NCBI GenBank assembly: GCA_041635475.1
Contig: JBFKVA010000003.1
Location: 18,142-82,141 of the forward strand
Origin: Acidimicrobiia bacterium
GTDB taxonomy: Bacteria; Actinomycetota; Acidimicrobiia; Spongiisociales; JAENVV01
Length of the DNA: 64,000 nt
Direction: 5' to 3'
In this document: piece after piece, positions 19,730-30,532 of the stretch
Layout: each line of letters opens with the position of its first letter
Position numbering within the stretch: position 1 is the first letter of the stretch
Notes under the pieces: generated by a model
Seen by the model: only the letters and a program-made list of their open reading frames with translations
Told to the model about the DNA's origin: nothing
The model's database searches: none
Position numbers and translations under genes: made by a program

Positions 19730-21714
19730 ACGGCGTCGACCTCCTGGGAGTCGTGCGGCTCCTCGAGGGGTTCGACGGACCAGCCCACGAACGACCCGAT
19801 CATGATCAGGGCCCCGGTGACCAGCAGGGGGAGCCCGGTGCCGGCAGCGAGGTAGGCCAACCCGTAGGCGAGGAAGAAGATCCCGACGCCGACGAGGAAC
19901 GGGAAGTACGACGGGGCCGGAAGGTGGATGACTTCCTTGGGGTTGCGCCCGTCCTCGACCAGTCGGGCGAGGTACTCCGCCAGGTCGGGGCGGGGGACCG
20001 CCCGTCCCTCGTCATCCTCGCCGTACTTGCGATGCCAGAAATCGTCGAGCTTGGTGATCGTCGGGGTCTCGGCGAAGTTGTAGGCGGGCACCGGCAGCGG
20101 CAGCGACCACTCGATCGTGCGGGCGTCCCACGGGTCGATCTCGGCGATGGTGCCGTTCCGCTTCGATCGGATGAAGTTGATGGCGAAGATCAGCACGCTG
20201 GTGGCGATCGTGAACGCGCCGATGGTCGCCACGAGGTTCCACAGGCCGACGCCCCGGCCCATCTCCTCGAACCAGACCCACGTCCGCCGGGGCATGCCCT
20301 GCAAGCCCAGCCAGTGCATCGGGGCGAAGGTCAGGTTCATGCCCGTGAACATGGTCCAGAACTGGAGCTTGCCGATTCGCTCGTTCATCATCCGGCCGGT
20401 GAGGTGGGGGAAGTAGTAGTAGAGGCCGGCGAACAGGCCCATGACCGCTCCCCCGAAGAGCACATAGTGGAAGTGGCCGACGATGTAGTACGTGTCGGTC
20501 TGCTGCCAGTTGGAGGGGACGATCGAGTGGGTGACCCCCGACAGTCCCCCGATGACGAAGAGGGAGACGAAGCCGATTGCGAAGAGCATCGGCGTGGTGA
20601 ACCGGATCTTGCCTCCCCACATGGTGCCCAGCCAGTTGAAGATCTTGATGCCGGTCGGCACGGCGATGGTCATCGTCGCCAGGCCGAACGCGGCCTGGGC
20701 GACCGGGGTGATCCCGGAGGCGTACATGTGGTGGGCCCACACCCCGAACCCGAGGAACCCGATGGCCGCCCCGGCGAACACCACGGCCGAGTACCCGAAG
20801 AGTGGTTTGCGGCTGAACGTGGGCAGCACTTCTGACACGATGCCCATCGCCGGCAGCACGATGATGTAGACCTCCGGGTGCCCGAACAGCCAGAACAGAT
20901 GCTGCCAGAGGACCGGGTCTCCCCCGGCGGCGGCGTCGTAGAAGACCGTCCCGAACTGGCGGTCGAACATGAGCATGAACACCGCCGCGGTGATGATCGG
21001 AAGCGAGAAGAGCAGGAGGAAGGCGGTGACGAAGGTCATCCAGACGAACACCGGCATGCGCAGCAGCTTCATGCCCTTGGCCCGCATGTTGAGGATCGTC
21101 ACGATGAAGTTGATCGACGAGATGAGCGATGCCAGGCCGAGCACCTGGAGGCCCACCGTGTAGTAGTCCATGGCGGACCCGGGCGAGTAGGTGGTGAGGC
21201 TGTTGGGGGCGTACCCGAACCACCCCCCGTTGGGTCCCGAACCCAGCCAGGACGCCGTCTCGGCCCCGCCGGGGAGGTTTCCGCCGATCGGGGCGCCGGC
21301 GGTTCCGAAGATGAACGACGACGAGACGAAGAGCGCACCGAAGAGGAAGATCCAGAACGACAGGGCGTTCATCCTCGGGAACGCCACGTCGCGGGCCCCG
21401 ATCATGAGGGGCAGGAGGTAGTTGAAGAACGCCGCCGCCATCGGCATCACGAAGAGGAACACCATGATCACGCCGTGGGTGGTCATGAGCGTGTTGTATT
21501 CGGCGGCCGAGAGGAAGTCGTTGTCGGGCCGGGCGAGTTGGAGGCGGATGAGGAGCGCCTCGATGCCGCCGATGAGGAAGCCGAAGAACGCCGAGTAGCC
21601 GTACAGGATCCCGATCCGCTTGTGATCGGTGGTGGTGACCCACCCCCAGAAGCCGTCGGTGGACGATGGGCGTCGAAAGACGGTGCGGGTGGGGCGGGTG
21701 AGCGTGCCGGCCAT
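19726..21714 (-). CDS. ctaD: cytochrome c oxidase subunit I with C-terminal TM extension
   Basis: WFFGHPEVYI-type heme-copper oxidase signatures (HLFWLFGHPEVYIIVLPAMGIVSEV, HHMYASG, GHFHYVLFGG). Start ATG 21714 overlaps ctaC stop (TGATG). 662 aa including an extra C-terminal helix. Confidence 0.92.
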   Translation of the reverse strand: MAGTLTRPTRTVFRRPSSTDGFWGWVTTTDHKRIGILYGYSAFFGFLIGGIEALLIRLQLARPDNDFLSAAEYNTLMTTHGVIMVFLFVMPMAAAFFNYLLPLMIGARDVAFPRMNALSFWIFLFGALFVSSSFIFGTAGAPIGGNLPGGAETASWLGSGPNGGWFGYAPNSLTTYSPGSAMDYYTVGLQVLGLASLISSINFIVTILNMRAKGMKLLRMPVFVWMTFVTAFLLLFSLPIITAAVFMLMFDRQFGTVFYDAAAGGDPVLWQHLFWLFGHPEVYIIVLPAMGIVSEVLPTFSRKPLFGYSAVVFAGAAIGFLGFGVWAHHMYASGITPVAQAAFGLATMTIAVPTGIKIFNWLGTMWGGKIRFTTPMLFAIGFVSLFVIGGLSGVTHSIVPSNWQQTDTYYIVGHFHYVLFGGAVMGLFAGLYYYFPHLTGRMMNERIGKLQFWTMFTGMNLTFAPMHWLGLQGMPRRTWVWFEEMGRGVGLWNLVATIGAFTIATSVLIFAINFIRSKRNGTIAEIDPWDARTIEWSLPLPVPAYNFAETPTITKLDDFWHRKYGEDDEGRAVPRPDLAEYLARLVEDGRNPKEVIHLPAPSYFPFLVGVGIFFLAYGLAYLAAGTGLPLLVTGALIMIGSFVGWSVEPLEEPHDSQEVDAV

Positions 21715-22751
21715 CAGTCCAGGCTCCTCAGGTAGGCCACGAGCGCTTCGATCTGGGCAGGGGTGAGGTCGAGGTCGGGCATGAAGGATCCCGGCTTCCA
21801 CTGCGGCGGGTCCGCCAGCCACATGGCCAGCGCGTCGGGATCCTCCGCTTCCAGGGTGGAGCCGGCGAACGACCCCCGGCTGGCAAAGTGCGTGAGCTCG
21901 GGCCCGATGGCGATGACGTTGGACACGGAGCTGTTGTTCACGCCCCGGATGAGATGGCAGGCCGAGCAGGCGAGGCTGTTGAAGAGCTCAAGACCCTCGG
22001 CCTCGAGTGACCCGGCGGTCGGTTCGACTGCCGGGAGGTCCTGGGCCGCCAGCCACGCCTCGAAGTCGGACGGCTCCTTGGCGATCACGCGCATGCGCAT
22101 CCGGGCGTGCGAGAGCCCGCAGAACTCGGCGCAGTGCCCGAAGTACTCACCGGGCTCGTCGGCCAGCATGAGGAGGGTCGTCTCCTGGCCGGGGACGAGG
22201 TAGCGCTTGCCGTTGAGTTTGGGGATCCAGAAGTTGTGGAGAACGTCGTCGGACTCCATCGACAGGCAGACTTCCTGGTCGGTGGGGATCACCAACTCGT
22301 TGGCGGTCCAAATGCCGGCCTCCGGGTAGCGGTACTCGAACCACCACTGGTGCCCGATGACGTCGACGTGGTAGGCGTCGGGCGCACACTCGGTGTACTT
22401 GAACACGCGCGACACGGTGGGCACGGCGATGGCGGCGAGGATGAGAATGGGGATGACCGTCCACACGACCTCGAGCTTGGCGTTGCCGTGCACCTGCCGG
22501 GGTTCGGACTCGTCACCCTGGCGTGCCCGGAATCGGATGAGGAGGTATACGAGGCCGCCTTGGACGAGCACGAAGACGCCGGTGGCGATCCAGAACACGA
22601 GCCAGTAGAGGCCGGCCAGGTCCTCGGCAATCGGTCCTTCGGGGGCGAGTGAATCGAGGACGCCGTCCTGGATCGTGAGTGAGCAACCGGCCAGAACCAC
22701 AGCCATGACGGCGAGTGGCACAAGCCGGCCAAACCCACGGATGCGATTCAC
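21714..22751 (-). CDS. ctaC: cytochrome c oxidase subunit II with C-terminal cytochrome c domain (caa3-type)
   Basis: CuA site HCAEFCGLSHARM. C-terminal CSACH heme-c motif. Lipoprotein-type signal (LAGCS). GTG start 22751 preceded by GAGGAAGGA RBS. Confidence 0.88.
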   Translation of the reverse strand: MNRIRGFGRLVPLAVMAVVLAGCSLTIQDGVLDSLAPEGPIAEDLAGLYWLVFWIATGVFVLVQGGLVYLLIRFRARQGDESEPRQVHGNAKLEVVWTVIPILILAAIAVPTVSRVFKYTECAPDAYHVDVIGHQWWFEYRYPEAGIWTANELVIPTDQEVCLSMESDDVLHNFWIPKLNGKRYLVPGQETTLLMLADEPGEYFGHCAEFCGLSHARMRMRVIAKEPSDFEAWLAAQDLPAVEPTAGSLEAEGLELFNSLACSACHLIRGVNNSSVSNVIAIGPELTHFASRGSFAGSTLEAEDPDALAMWLADPPQWKPGSFMPDLDLTPAQIEALVAYLRSLD

Positions 22752-22899
22752 GTCGTGTCCTTCCTCAGTACCCGGGGGCGACGCTCGTTGCACCGCCCGC
22801 CGCGGCGCGACGAAGGGCATACTAAGCACCGCCCATCGGCGTGCAAAGATTCTCCGGACGAACGGTTTTCCTCGGGCCGACACGCTCCCCTCCTCGACC

Positions 22900-23724
22900 T
22901 CATCGAGCTGCCGCCTCCACCGCGTCCCGCAGTTCGGCGTCACCCATCGCCCCCTCGAGACGGGCCACGACGACGCCGTCGGAACCGATCACGAACGTCC
23001 AGGGCTCCGACGGGAGGTCCCACTCCACCACGGCGGGGACGAGTTCGAGTCGCTCCGGGTCGTCGAGGTTCGTGTACACCTCGACGTGGATCCAGGTGAT
23101 CGCCGCGTCCCCCAGGTCGGCCTTGAGCGCCTTGACCTGTTCCAGCATCGGACCGCAGGTGGCGGTCTGGCAGAAGGCCGGGGTGGCGAACACGAGCACG
23201 ATCGGAGTGCCGAGCGTGAGCGCTTCGTCCAACGACACCGCGTACAGCGTCGGGTCGGGATCGGGATCGGTGGTGATGTCGGAGAGGTCGTCCTGGCCGG
23301 CATCCTCCAGGGTGGCGGTGGCGCTGGCGACGGCGGGCTCGCCGACGTCGGGGACGACGGAGTCCGCCTCGACCATGAACGGGGAGTCGGCGGTCGGCTT
23401 CCCACCGGTGGGCGTGAGGACGGCGTTCCAGATGCCGGCCTCGTCGAACGGGACCCGGGCCACGTACAGCCCGCGGACGCCTTCGAGCATCCAGATGAAC
23501 TCGGTGGGGTGGGTCGTCGTCACGCCCGACGGACTCGTCAGCTCGAGGGTCGTGGGGATGTCCGGTCCGGAAAGGTCGGCACCGTCGTCGCCGCGGTGGG
23601 CGAGCACGAGTCGCTGCTCACCGACCCCGATGGAGCCTTGGCCGTTGGCGACGACCGCCAGGCCCTCGGACGCCGGGCTGCAGGCCGCGACGGCGAACGC
23701 GAGGACCACGAGGAGAAGGCGCAT
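22900..23724 (-). CDS. thioredoxin-fold lipoprotein (possible thiol-disulfide oxidoreductase/Cu chaperone for oxidase maturation)
   Basis: Signal peptide with lipobox (LAFAVAAC). C-terminal thioredoxin-like region VLVFATPAFCQTATCGP. Sits upstream of ctaC. Confidence 0.5.
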   Translation of the reverse strand: MRLLLVVLAFAVAACSPASEGLAVVANGQGSIGVGEQRLVLAHRGDDGADLSGPDIPTTLELTSPSGVTTTHPTEFIWMLEGVRGLYVARVPFDEAGIWNAVLTPTGGKPTADSPFMVEADSVVPDVGEPAVASATATLEDAGQDDLSDITTDPDPDPTLYAVSLDEALTLGTPIVLVFATPAFCQTATCGPMLEQVKALKADLGDAAITWIHVEVYTNLDDPERLELVPAVVEWDLPSEPWTFVIGSDGVVVARLEGAMGDAELRDAVEAAAR

Positions 23725-23812
23725 CGGCGCGAGCGTAGCCTGCCATCGACCGCTCGACGGGGGCCGCGGTACCCGGCGTACCGGGAACCCTGCCGCTAGC
23801 CTCCCGCGCCGT

Positions 23813-24715
23813 ATGAGCGACGCACCCGTCATCACCGACCCCCTGGCTGCGCGCAGCGGCCTCGTCGACACCGTCCGGGTGTACATCGCCCTCACGAAGC
23901 CGAGGATCATCGAGCTGCTCCTCATCACGACGATCCCCTCGATGGTGCTCGCCGCCGGGCGATGGCCGTCCACCTGGCTCGTGCTCACCACGCTCGTCGG
24001 CGGTTCGTTCTCGGCAGCCGGCGCCAACGCTATCAACAGCTACGTCGACCGCGACATCGACCCGACGATGCGCCGCACCTCCCGCCGGCCCCTGGCCCGC
24101 AAGGTCGTGCCCCCGGATCACGCACTCGTGTTCGGCGTGGTCCTCGGGGCCATCGGCTTCGTGTGGTTGTGGATCACGACGAACCTCTTGGCCGCCTCCC
24201 TGTCCACGGCCGCCCTGCTCTTCTACGTCTTCGTCTACTCGATCTGGCTCAAGCGCAGCACCCCGCACAACATCGTGATCGGCGGGGCCGCCGGGGCCGC
24301 CCCGGTCCTCGTGGGGTGGGCCGTCGTGACCGGCTCTCTGGCCCTGGAGCCCTGGTTGTTCTTCGCGGTCGTCTTTTACTGGACGCCGCCGCACTTCTGG
24401 GCCCTGTCGATGAAGTACAAGGACGACTACGCGGCAGCGGGCGTGCCCATGCTGCCCGTCGTCCACGGCGAGGAGCGGACGGTGCGCTCGATCATTCGCT
24501 ACGCCTCGATCCTGTTCCTCATCGCCGCCGCCCTCGGGATCGCCGCCGGCCTCTCGTGGCTCTACCTCTCGGTGGTGGTGATGTCGAGCGTGTGGTTCCT
24601 GTGGGAAGCCGTTCGCCTGTTGAGCGACACCTCGCGGGCGATGAAGGTGTTCCACTACTCCAACATCCACCTGACCCTCCTCTCGGCAGCCATGGTGGCC
24701 GACGTCCTCCTCTGA
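23813..24715 (+). CDS. ctaB: protoheme IX farnesyltransferase (heme O synthase)
   Basis: UbiA-family motifs (NSYVDRDIDPTMRRTSRRPL, YWTPPHFWAL). 300 aa. Divergent from the cta operon. Confidence 0.9.
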   Translation: MSDAPVITDPLAARSGLVDTVRVYIALTKPRIIELLLITTIPSMVLAAGRWPSTWLVLTTLVGGSFSAAGANAINSYVDRDIDPTMRRTSRRPLARKVVPPDHALVFGVVLGAIGFVWLWITTNLLAASLSTAALLFYVFVYSIWLKRSTPHNIVIGGAAGAAPVLVGWAVVTGSLALEPWLFFAVVFYWTPPHFWALSMKYKDDYAAAGVPMLPVVHGEERTVRSIIRYASILFLIAAALGIAAGLSWLYLSVVVMSSVWFLWEAVRLLSDTSRAMKVFHYSNIHLTLLSAAMVADVLL

Positions 24716-24722
24716 TCCGGCC

Positions 24723-25432
24723 TCACTCCTCCCAACGGAACGTCTTGGAGGCGGCCAGGGGGGCAGCGATCGCCCACACCGCCAGCACGATCCACACCGA
24801 CGCCGTCACTTCGCCGGCTCCGGTCGCCCACCGGAACAGGCCGGCCAAGGGGGCCGCCGGCAGGAGGTTGGACAAGGCGACGACCCCGTCGGAGAGATAG
24901 TCGGCGGGCACGAAGACATCTCCGATCCCCAGGAACACGAAGTAGAGGCCGTTGGCCAGGGCCAGGGTTGCCTCGGCCCGGAGGCGACCCGCCATCAACA
25001 TGGCGAGCCCGGCCGGGCCCACGGTTCCCAACACGAGACCCGCCACCAACCCCAGGAGGCGCACGTCCGGCGCCCAGTCGAACACGGTCGCCGCCACGAT
25101 CCAGAGCAGCGCCAGCTGCAGGACCTCGATCACGGCCACCGAGAGCGCCTTGGCCAGGATGAGCGTCAGGCGCGACACCGGGGTTGCCCCCAACCGCTTC
25201 AGCACACCGTACTTGCGCTCGAACCCGGTGGCGACCGCCAAACCCACGAACGCCGACGAGATGATGGAGAGGGCGAACAGCCCGGGGACGAGGGTCTCGA
25301 TCTCGATCCCGAGGATGCCGGTCCACCCGACGAAGAACAGCAGGCCCAGTGGGATGAGGAACGTCAACAGGACCGACTCGCCGCGACGGAGCGTGATGAG
25401 GAGATCGGCCTTGGCAATCGCACGGAGGGACG

Positions 25433-25436
<4 letters not shown>
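24723..25436 (-). CDS. ABC-2 type transporter permease
   Basis: 6-TM ABC-2 permease. ATGA overlap with upstream ATPase gene. Confidence 0.7.
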
Positions 25437-26331
<895 letters not shown>

Positions 26332-26335
<4 letters not shown>

Positions 26336-27252
26336 GCAACCGCCTCGGCCAGCCGCATGATCGCGGCCGCGTACTCGGACGGGTGGGTGAGGGGGCCTTC
26401 GTGGCGGGCACCGATGATCTCGGCGACCTCGTGGAGGTTCGGGACGCGGCCAACGACCTCATACTGTGCCGTCGGCTGCACGATCTGGTCCTTCGTGTTG
26501 ATGATGACGGTGGTGGGGGCCGTGATCTCCCTCAGCCACTCGGCCGAGTCGAACCGCGTCACCGCGAACCCGGCCTCCCAGTAGAGGGTGGCGTCGCGGT
26601 TGAGGTGCTCCTGCCAGAACCATCGGAGGTGCTCGGGGGCCACGGCCCGGCTGTCCTGGAGGATCTTCGTCCGCAGCCAGGAGTGCTCGATGCGGCTGAC
26701 CCGACCGAACGCCCGCAGGACGATGATCCCCGCCCTGAGCGCGACGCCCTGCCATCCCTTCGTGCCCGGCGGGGTCGAGGCGGTGGCGGCCAGCACCAGT
26801 CCTCTGACGAGGTGTGGGTGCCTGCGGGCGAGGGACTGGGCGATCATGCCCCCCATCGAGTAGCCGACGACGACCGCCGACTCGATGCCCAGGGCCGCCA
26901 TGACCCCGGCCGCGTCGTCGGCGTTGCCCGCGATGTCGTATCCACCTCGAATGTGGTCGGACTTGCCGGTGTTGCGGTTGTCGATGGCGACGACCCGGAA
27001 CCGGTCGGCCATCTCGGGGATGAGGGCGTGGAAGACGACGAGGCTGTGGTCACCCCACCCGTGCAGGAGGACGATTGGCGGGGCCTCCGGCGGCCCCGCC
27101 TCGCGGACGAACAGTTCGAGGTCGCCCACGAACACCGACCGGCCCGGGAGCCGGAGCGGGTGGACCTGGCCGGCCGGGAACGAGGGTTGGGACTCGGGGC
27201 CGAACAGCCGCCACAGGAGCCACCCCGCAAGGAGCCGCTTGAGCACGTGCAT
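26332..27252 (-). CDS. alpha/beta hydrolase
   Basis: HGWG, GYSMGG nucleophile elbow. Located between boxB and the ABC exporter. Confidence 0.7.
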
Positions 27253-27295
27253 GGACAGAGGCTATCGCCCCCCAGGGCACAGCCGAACCCGGGGG

Positions 27296-28735
27296 TCAGC
27301 CCGGCAACTTCACGTACTCGAAGTCGAGCGCCTTGCGATGGATGCCGCGGGCCGGGGGGGCGATCCACCCGGCGAACTCACCCGCTTCGTACGTGGGCCG
27401 CATGAGGTCGGCGATGAACTCCTGGTCATCGCTCGTCGGGAGCCACTCGGCCTCCCGCCCGGCCCAGGTCTCCTCGGGGATCACCGCACCATCCGGGGCG
27501 ATGCGATGCTCGCCGAACTCCCCGATCGCCCGGTTGAAGGCCACGTGGGGCAGGTTGATCTCGAACTCGATCCCCTCGTCGGCTATGAACCGGTTCCACC
27601 GGCGGATGCCCCCGCTGCAGTCGTCCGCGAAGTCGTCCCGCAGGCGGGCGTTGAGCGCGGACAGCGCCGGTACCGGGACGCCCTCGACCCTTCCGTCAAC
27701 CATCTGGGGGACGACATACGAGTCGTCGGTGAGGCGGTGGTCGTCTCCGAGTTGGTCCTCGTGGTACCGCCCCTTGAGCCCGGCCGTGTAGTAGGTGGCG
27801 GCGTTGGTGGACACCTCCGAACCGAACAGGTCGAGCGTCACCGAGAAGTGGAGGTTGGCCTTGCGCTGGATGAGGGGAAGTGGGATCACCCCGAGGCTGC
27901 GGACGGCCTCCTCGTCGTAGGGGTCCTCGATACCGGCCCGTTTCATCGCCTGGGCCGTCGCCTGCACGATCCGGCCGACGCCGGTCACCCCCACGAACAT
28001 GTGATGGGCTTCCTCGGCCAGCATGAATCGGCACGTGCGGGAGAGTGGATCGAAGCCGGACTGGGCCAGGGCCTCCAGCTGCATCTTGCCGTCCCGGTCG
28101 GTGAAGAACGTGAACATGAAGAACGAGAGCCAGTCGGGTGTCTCCTCGTTGAATGCACCAAGCATGCGGGGGGTGTCCTCGTCACCGGACCTGCGCTCGA
28201 GGAGCGCTTCGGCTTCCTCCCGCCCGTCACGTCCGAAGTACTTCTGGAGGAGGTAGACCATCGCCCACAGGTGGCGGCCTTCCTCGACGTTGACCTGGAA
28301 GAGATTGCGCATGTCGTAGAGCGACGGGGCCGTCCGCCCCAGGATCCGCTGCTGTTCGACCGAGGCCGGCTCGGTGTCGCCCTGGATGACGATGAGCCGC
28401 CGGAGCATCGACCGGTACTCCCCGGGGACCTCCTGCCACACCGGCTCGCCCTGGTGCTCGCCGAACCCGATCCGGCGATCCTCGACGTCCGGGGCGAGGA
28501 GGATGCCCCACCGATACTCGGGCATCTTGACGTAGCCGAACTTGGCCCAGCCCTCCTTCTCCACCGAAATGGCCGTGCGCAGGTAGACGTCGGCGGTCTG
28601 GAAGCCGTCCGGGCCCATCTCCATCCACCAGTCGATGTAGCCGGGATGCCACTTCTCCAGGGCCCGTTGCAGCTTGGGGTCTTCGCGGAGTCCCACGTTG
28701 TTGGGGATCAGGGCGGCGTAGTCGACTGCGGTCAT
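27296..28735 (-). CDS. boxB: benzoyl-CoA 2,3-epoxidase (benzoyl-CoA oxygenase) component B
   Basis: Strong full-length similarity to Azoarcus BoxB (IPNNVGL, LQRALEKWHPGY, GEHQGEPVWQEVPGEYRSMLRRLIVIQGDTEPASVEQQR, NLFQVNVEEGRHLWAMVYLL, FMLAEEAHHMF di-iron ligands). 479 aa. Confidence 0.85.
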   Translation of the reverse strand: MTAVDYAALIPNNVGLREDPKLQRALEKWHPGYIDWWMEMGPDGFQTADVYLRTAISVEKEGWAKFGYVKMPEYRWGILLAPDVEDRRIGFGEHQGEPVWQEVPGEYRSMLRRLIVIQGDTEPASVEQQRILGRTAPSLYDMRNLFQVNVEEGRHLWAMVYLLQKYFGRDGREEAEALLERRSGDEDTPRMLGAFNEETPDWLSFFMFTFFTDRDGKMQLEALAQSGFDPLSRTCRFMLAEEAHHMFVGVTGVGRIVQATAQAMKRAGIEDPYDEEAVRSLGVIPLPLIQRKANLHFSVTLDLFGSEVSTNAATYYTAGLKGRYHEDQLGDDHRLTDDSYVVPQMVDGRVEGVPVPALSALNARLRDDFADDCSGGIRRWNRFIADEGIEFEINLPHVAFNRAIGEFGEHRIAPDGAVIPEETWAGREAEWLPTSDDQEFIADLMRPTYEAGEFAGWIAPPARGIHRKALDFEYVKLPG

Positions 28736-28789
28736 GATCGGCGTCTCCGTGGTCTCGAGTCCTGCGGTCCAACCCTATCGGAGGATTGC

Positions 28790-30442
28790 TCACACTCGCT
28801 TGGGGTCGTACGTCGGGCGGAGTCCGCTCCCATACATCTTGAGGGCTCCGTCCTCTCCCGCCGCCGACGGACGCTGGAAGATCCAGTTCTGCCACGCCGT
28901 GAGGCGACCGAAGATCTTCGTCTCCATCGTCTCCGGCCCCGGGAATCGCAGGTTCGCCTCCATCCCGGTGAGCGAGTCCGCGGAGAAGGCGGTACGGGCC
29001 TCCAGCACGAGGCGGATCTCGTCCTCCCAGTCGAGGTCGTCCATGGCGTCGGTGAGCAGACCGGCCTCGTTGGCGGACTCGGCGTCGAGGTCGACACCCT
29101 TGCGTTCCTCGAGTCGCTCGACGACGCCGTCGTGACCCCAGAATCGCGTCTGGAGCCTGGTGAGCCCGTTGGGCATGGTGAGCGGCCCGAAGTTCAGGTC
29201 GGTCAGGCGCAGCGTGGCCGGGCGGCGGTCGTCGTTCTCGAAGCCACCGATGAGGCCGTAGCTTCGGTCCACCGCGAACAGGATGTCCGCCAGGAACCCG
29301 ACGTAGCAGCTGCCCGGGGTCATGAAGGCCACCGTCGTACGCGACGTGACGTCCAAACGCTTGAGGAGGCGGCGCCACAGGAGAACGATCTCCCGTGCCA
29401 ACCAGTGGCTCCACCAACTGCTGGCGAGGAACTCGTCGTGCTCGGCCACGAGTGCCGGGGCGCCCTCGGTCTGGAAGATGAGGGTGCCAATCGTCAGCTC
29501 GTTGAGACGCAGGTGGAGCAGGGCGTCGTCGAGTTCCCGGGCCAGGGCGAGCGGCCAGTACGCGTCCCCGACGGACGGCAGGTCCAGGACGTCGGTCGGT
29601 GGAGCGTCCAAGGGCCCTCGCAGCGTGACGGTGGCGATGCCCTGCCCGCGGTCGATCTCGACCGAGACCCACTCGTACTCGATCCGATCCCCGTCGATGG
29701 TCCGCTCGATGCGCGTGAGTTCGATCCCGGGCCCCCCGGGTCGATCCGTGGCCGAGGCAACCTCCTCGGCCCGGGCTTCGACGTACTCGGTGAACTGCGA
29801 CGTCGGCACGGTGACGTCCACGAGGCCCCAATCGACGGCCTTCTGGCCCCGGACGCCTTCCTCGGTGGTGCAGAAGACGTCGGCGAGGTCACGCCGGACG
29901 AGGCGCTTGTCGGTGAGCCGGGTCAGCCCACCGGTCCCGGGGAGGACGGCCAGGAGCGGCACCTCGGGTAGCGAAACGGCGGCGCTCCGATCGTCCACGA
30001 GGATGATCTCGTCGCACGCCAGCGCCAGTTCGTAGCCACCGCCGGCGGCGGTCCCCCCCACCGCGGCCAGGTACACCTGGTGCGAGTAGGCGCTGGCCTC
30101 CTCGATGCCGTTGCGGGTCTCGTTGGTGAACTTGCAGAAGTTGACCTTGTGGGCGTGGTCTGCCTTGCCGAGCATCCGAATGTTCGCCCCGGAGCAGAAC
30201 ACCCTGTCCTTGAGCGAGTCGATGACGACGGCCCCCACCTCGGGGTGCTCGAAGCGCAGGCGCTGGACCGCATCGGCGAGCTCGATGTCGACACCGAGGT
30301 CGTAGGAGTTGAGCTTCAGCTCGTAGTCGCCGAGGATCGGCACATCGGCGTCCACGTCCATCGAGAGGTGGGCGTGGCGACCGTGGAAGGTGAGCTTCCA
30401 GTGGCGGTACTCGTCGGGGTGGGTGCGGAAGTCGATGAGCAT
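28790..30442 (-). CDS. boxC: 2,3-epoxybenzoyl-CoA dihydrolase (benzoyl-CoA-dihydrodiol lyase), crotonase superfamily
   Basis: About 550-aa two-domain enoyl-CoA hydratase-like protein (FCSGANIRMLG, GGGYELALACD) immediately upstream of boxB. Size and arrangement match BoxC. Confidence 0.75.
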   Translation of the reverse strand: MLIDFRTHPDEYRHWKLTFHGRHAHLSMDVDADVPILGDYELKLNSYDLGVDIELADAVQRLRFEHPEVGAVVIDSLKDRVFCSGANIRMLGKADHAHKVNFCKFTNETRNGIEEASAYSHQVYLAAVGGTAAGGGYELALACDEIILVDDRSAAVSLPEVPLLAVLPGTGGLTRLTDKRLVRRDLADVFCTTEEGVRGQKAVDWGLVDVTVPTSQFTEYVEARAEEVASATDRPGGPGIELTRIERTIDGDRIEYEWVSVEIDRGQGIATVTLRGPLDAPPTDVLDLPSVGDAYWPLALARELDDALLHLRLNELTIGTLIFQTEGAPALVAEHDEFLASSWWSHWLAREIVLLWRRLLKRLDVTSRTTVAFMTPGSCYVGFLADILFAVDRSYGLIGGFENDDRRPATLRLTDLNFGPLTMPNGLTRLQTRFWGHDGVVERLEERKGVDLDAESANEAGLLTDAMDDLDWEDEIRLVLEARTAFSADSLTGMEANLRFPGPETMETKIFGRLTAWQNWIFQRPSAAGEDGALKMYGSGLRPTYDPKRV

Positions 30443-30532
30443 CGGGCGTCCGTCGTCGGGGGGTTTGACGGTAGCGTCCGTCGAGAGCTTGTCACGGTGG
30501 TACTCGGTGCAGGTCCAGCCATCGGGAAGGGA

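Noticed and set aside
21715-21822. N-terminal extension of ctaD, and 22752..22943 extension of ctaC
   Set aside because: Alternative-start over-extensions. Conserved protein starts (MAGTLTRP with TGATG coupling; GTG 22751 with GAGGAAGGA RBS) are internal.
26885-29971. 1028-aa plus-strand ORF
   Set aside because: Antisense to boxB/boxC, whose protein similarity is unambiguous. GC-frame artefact.
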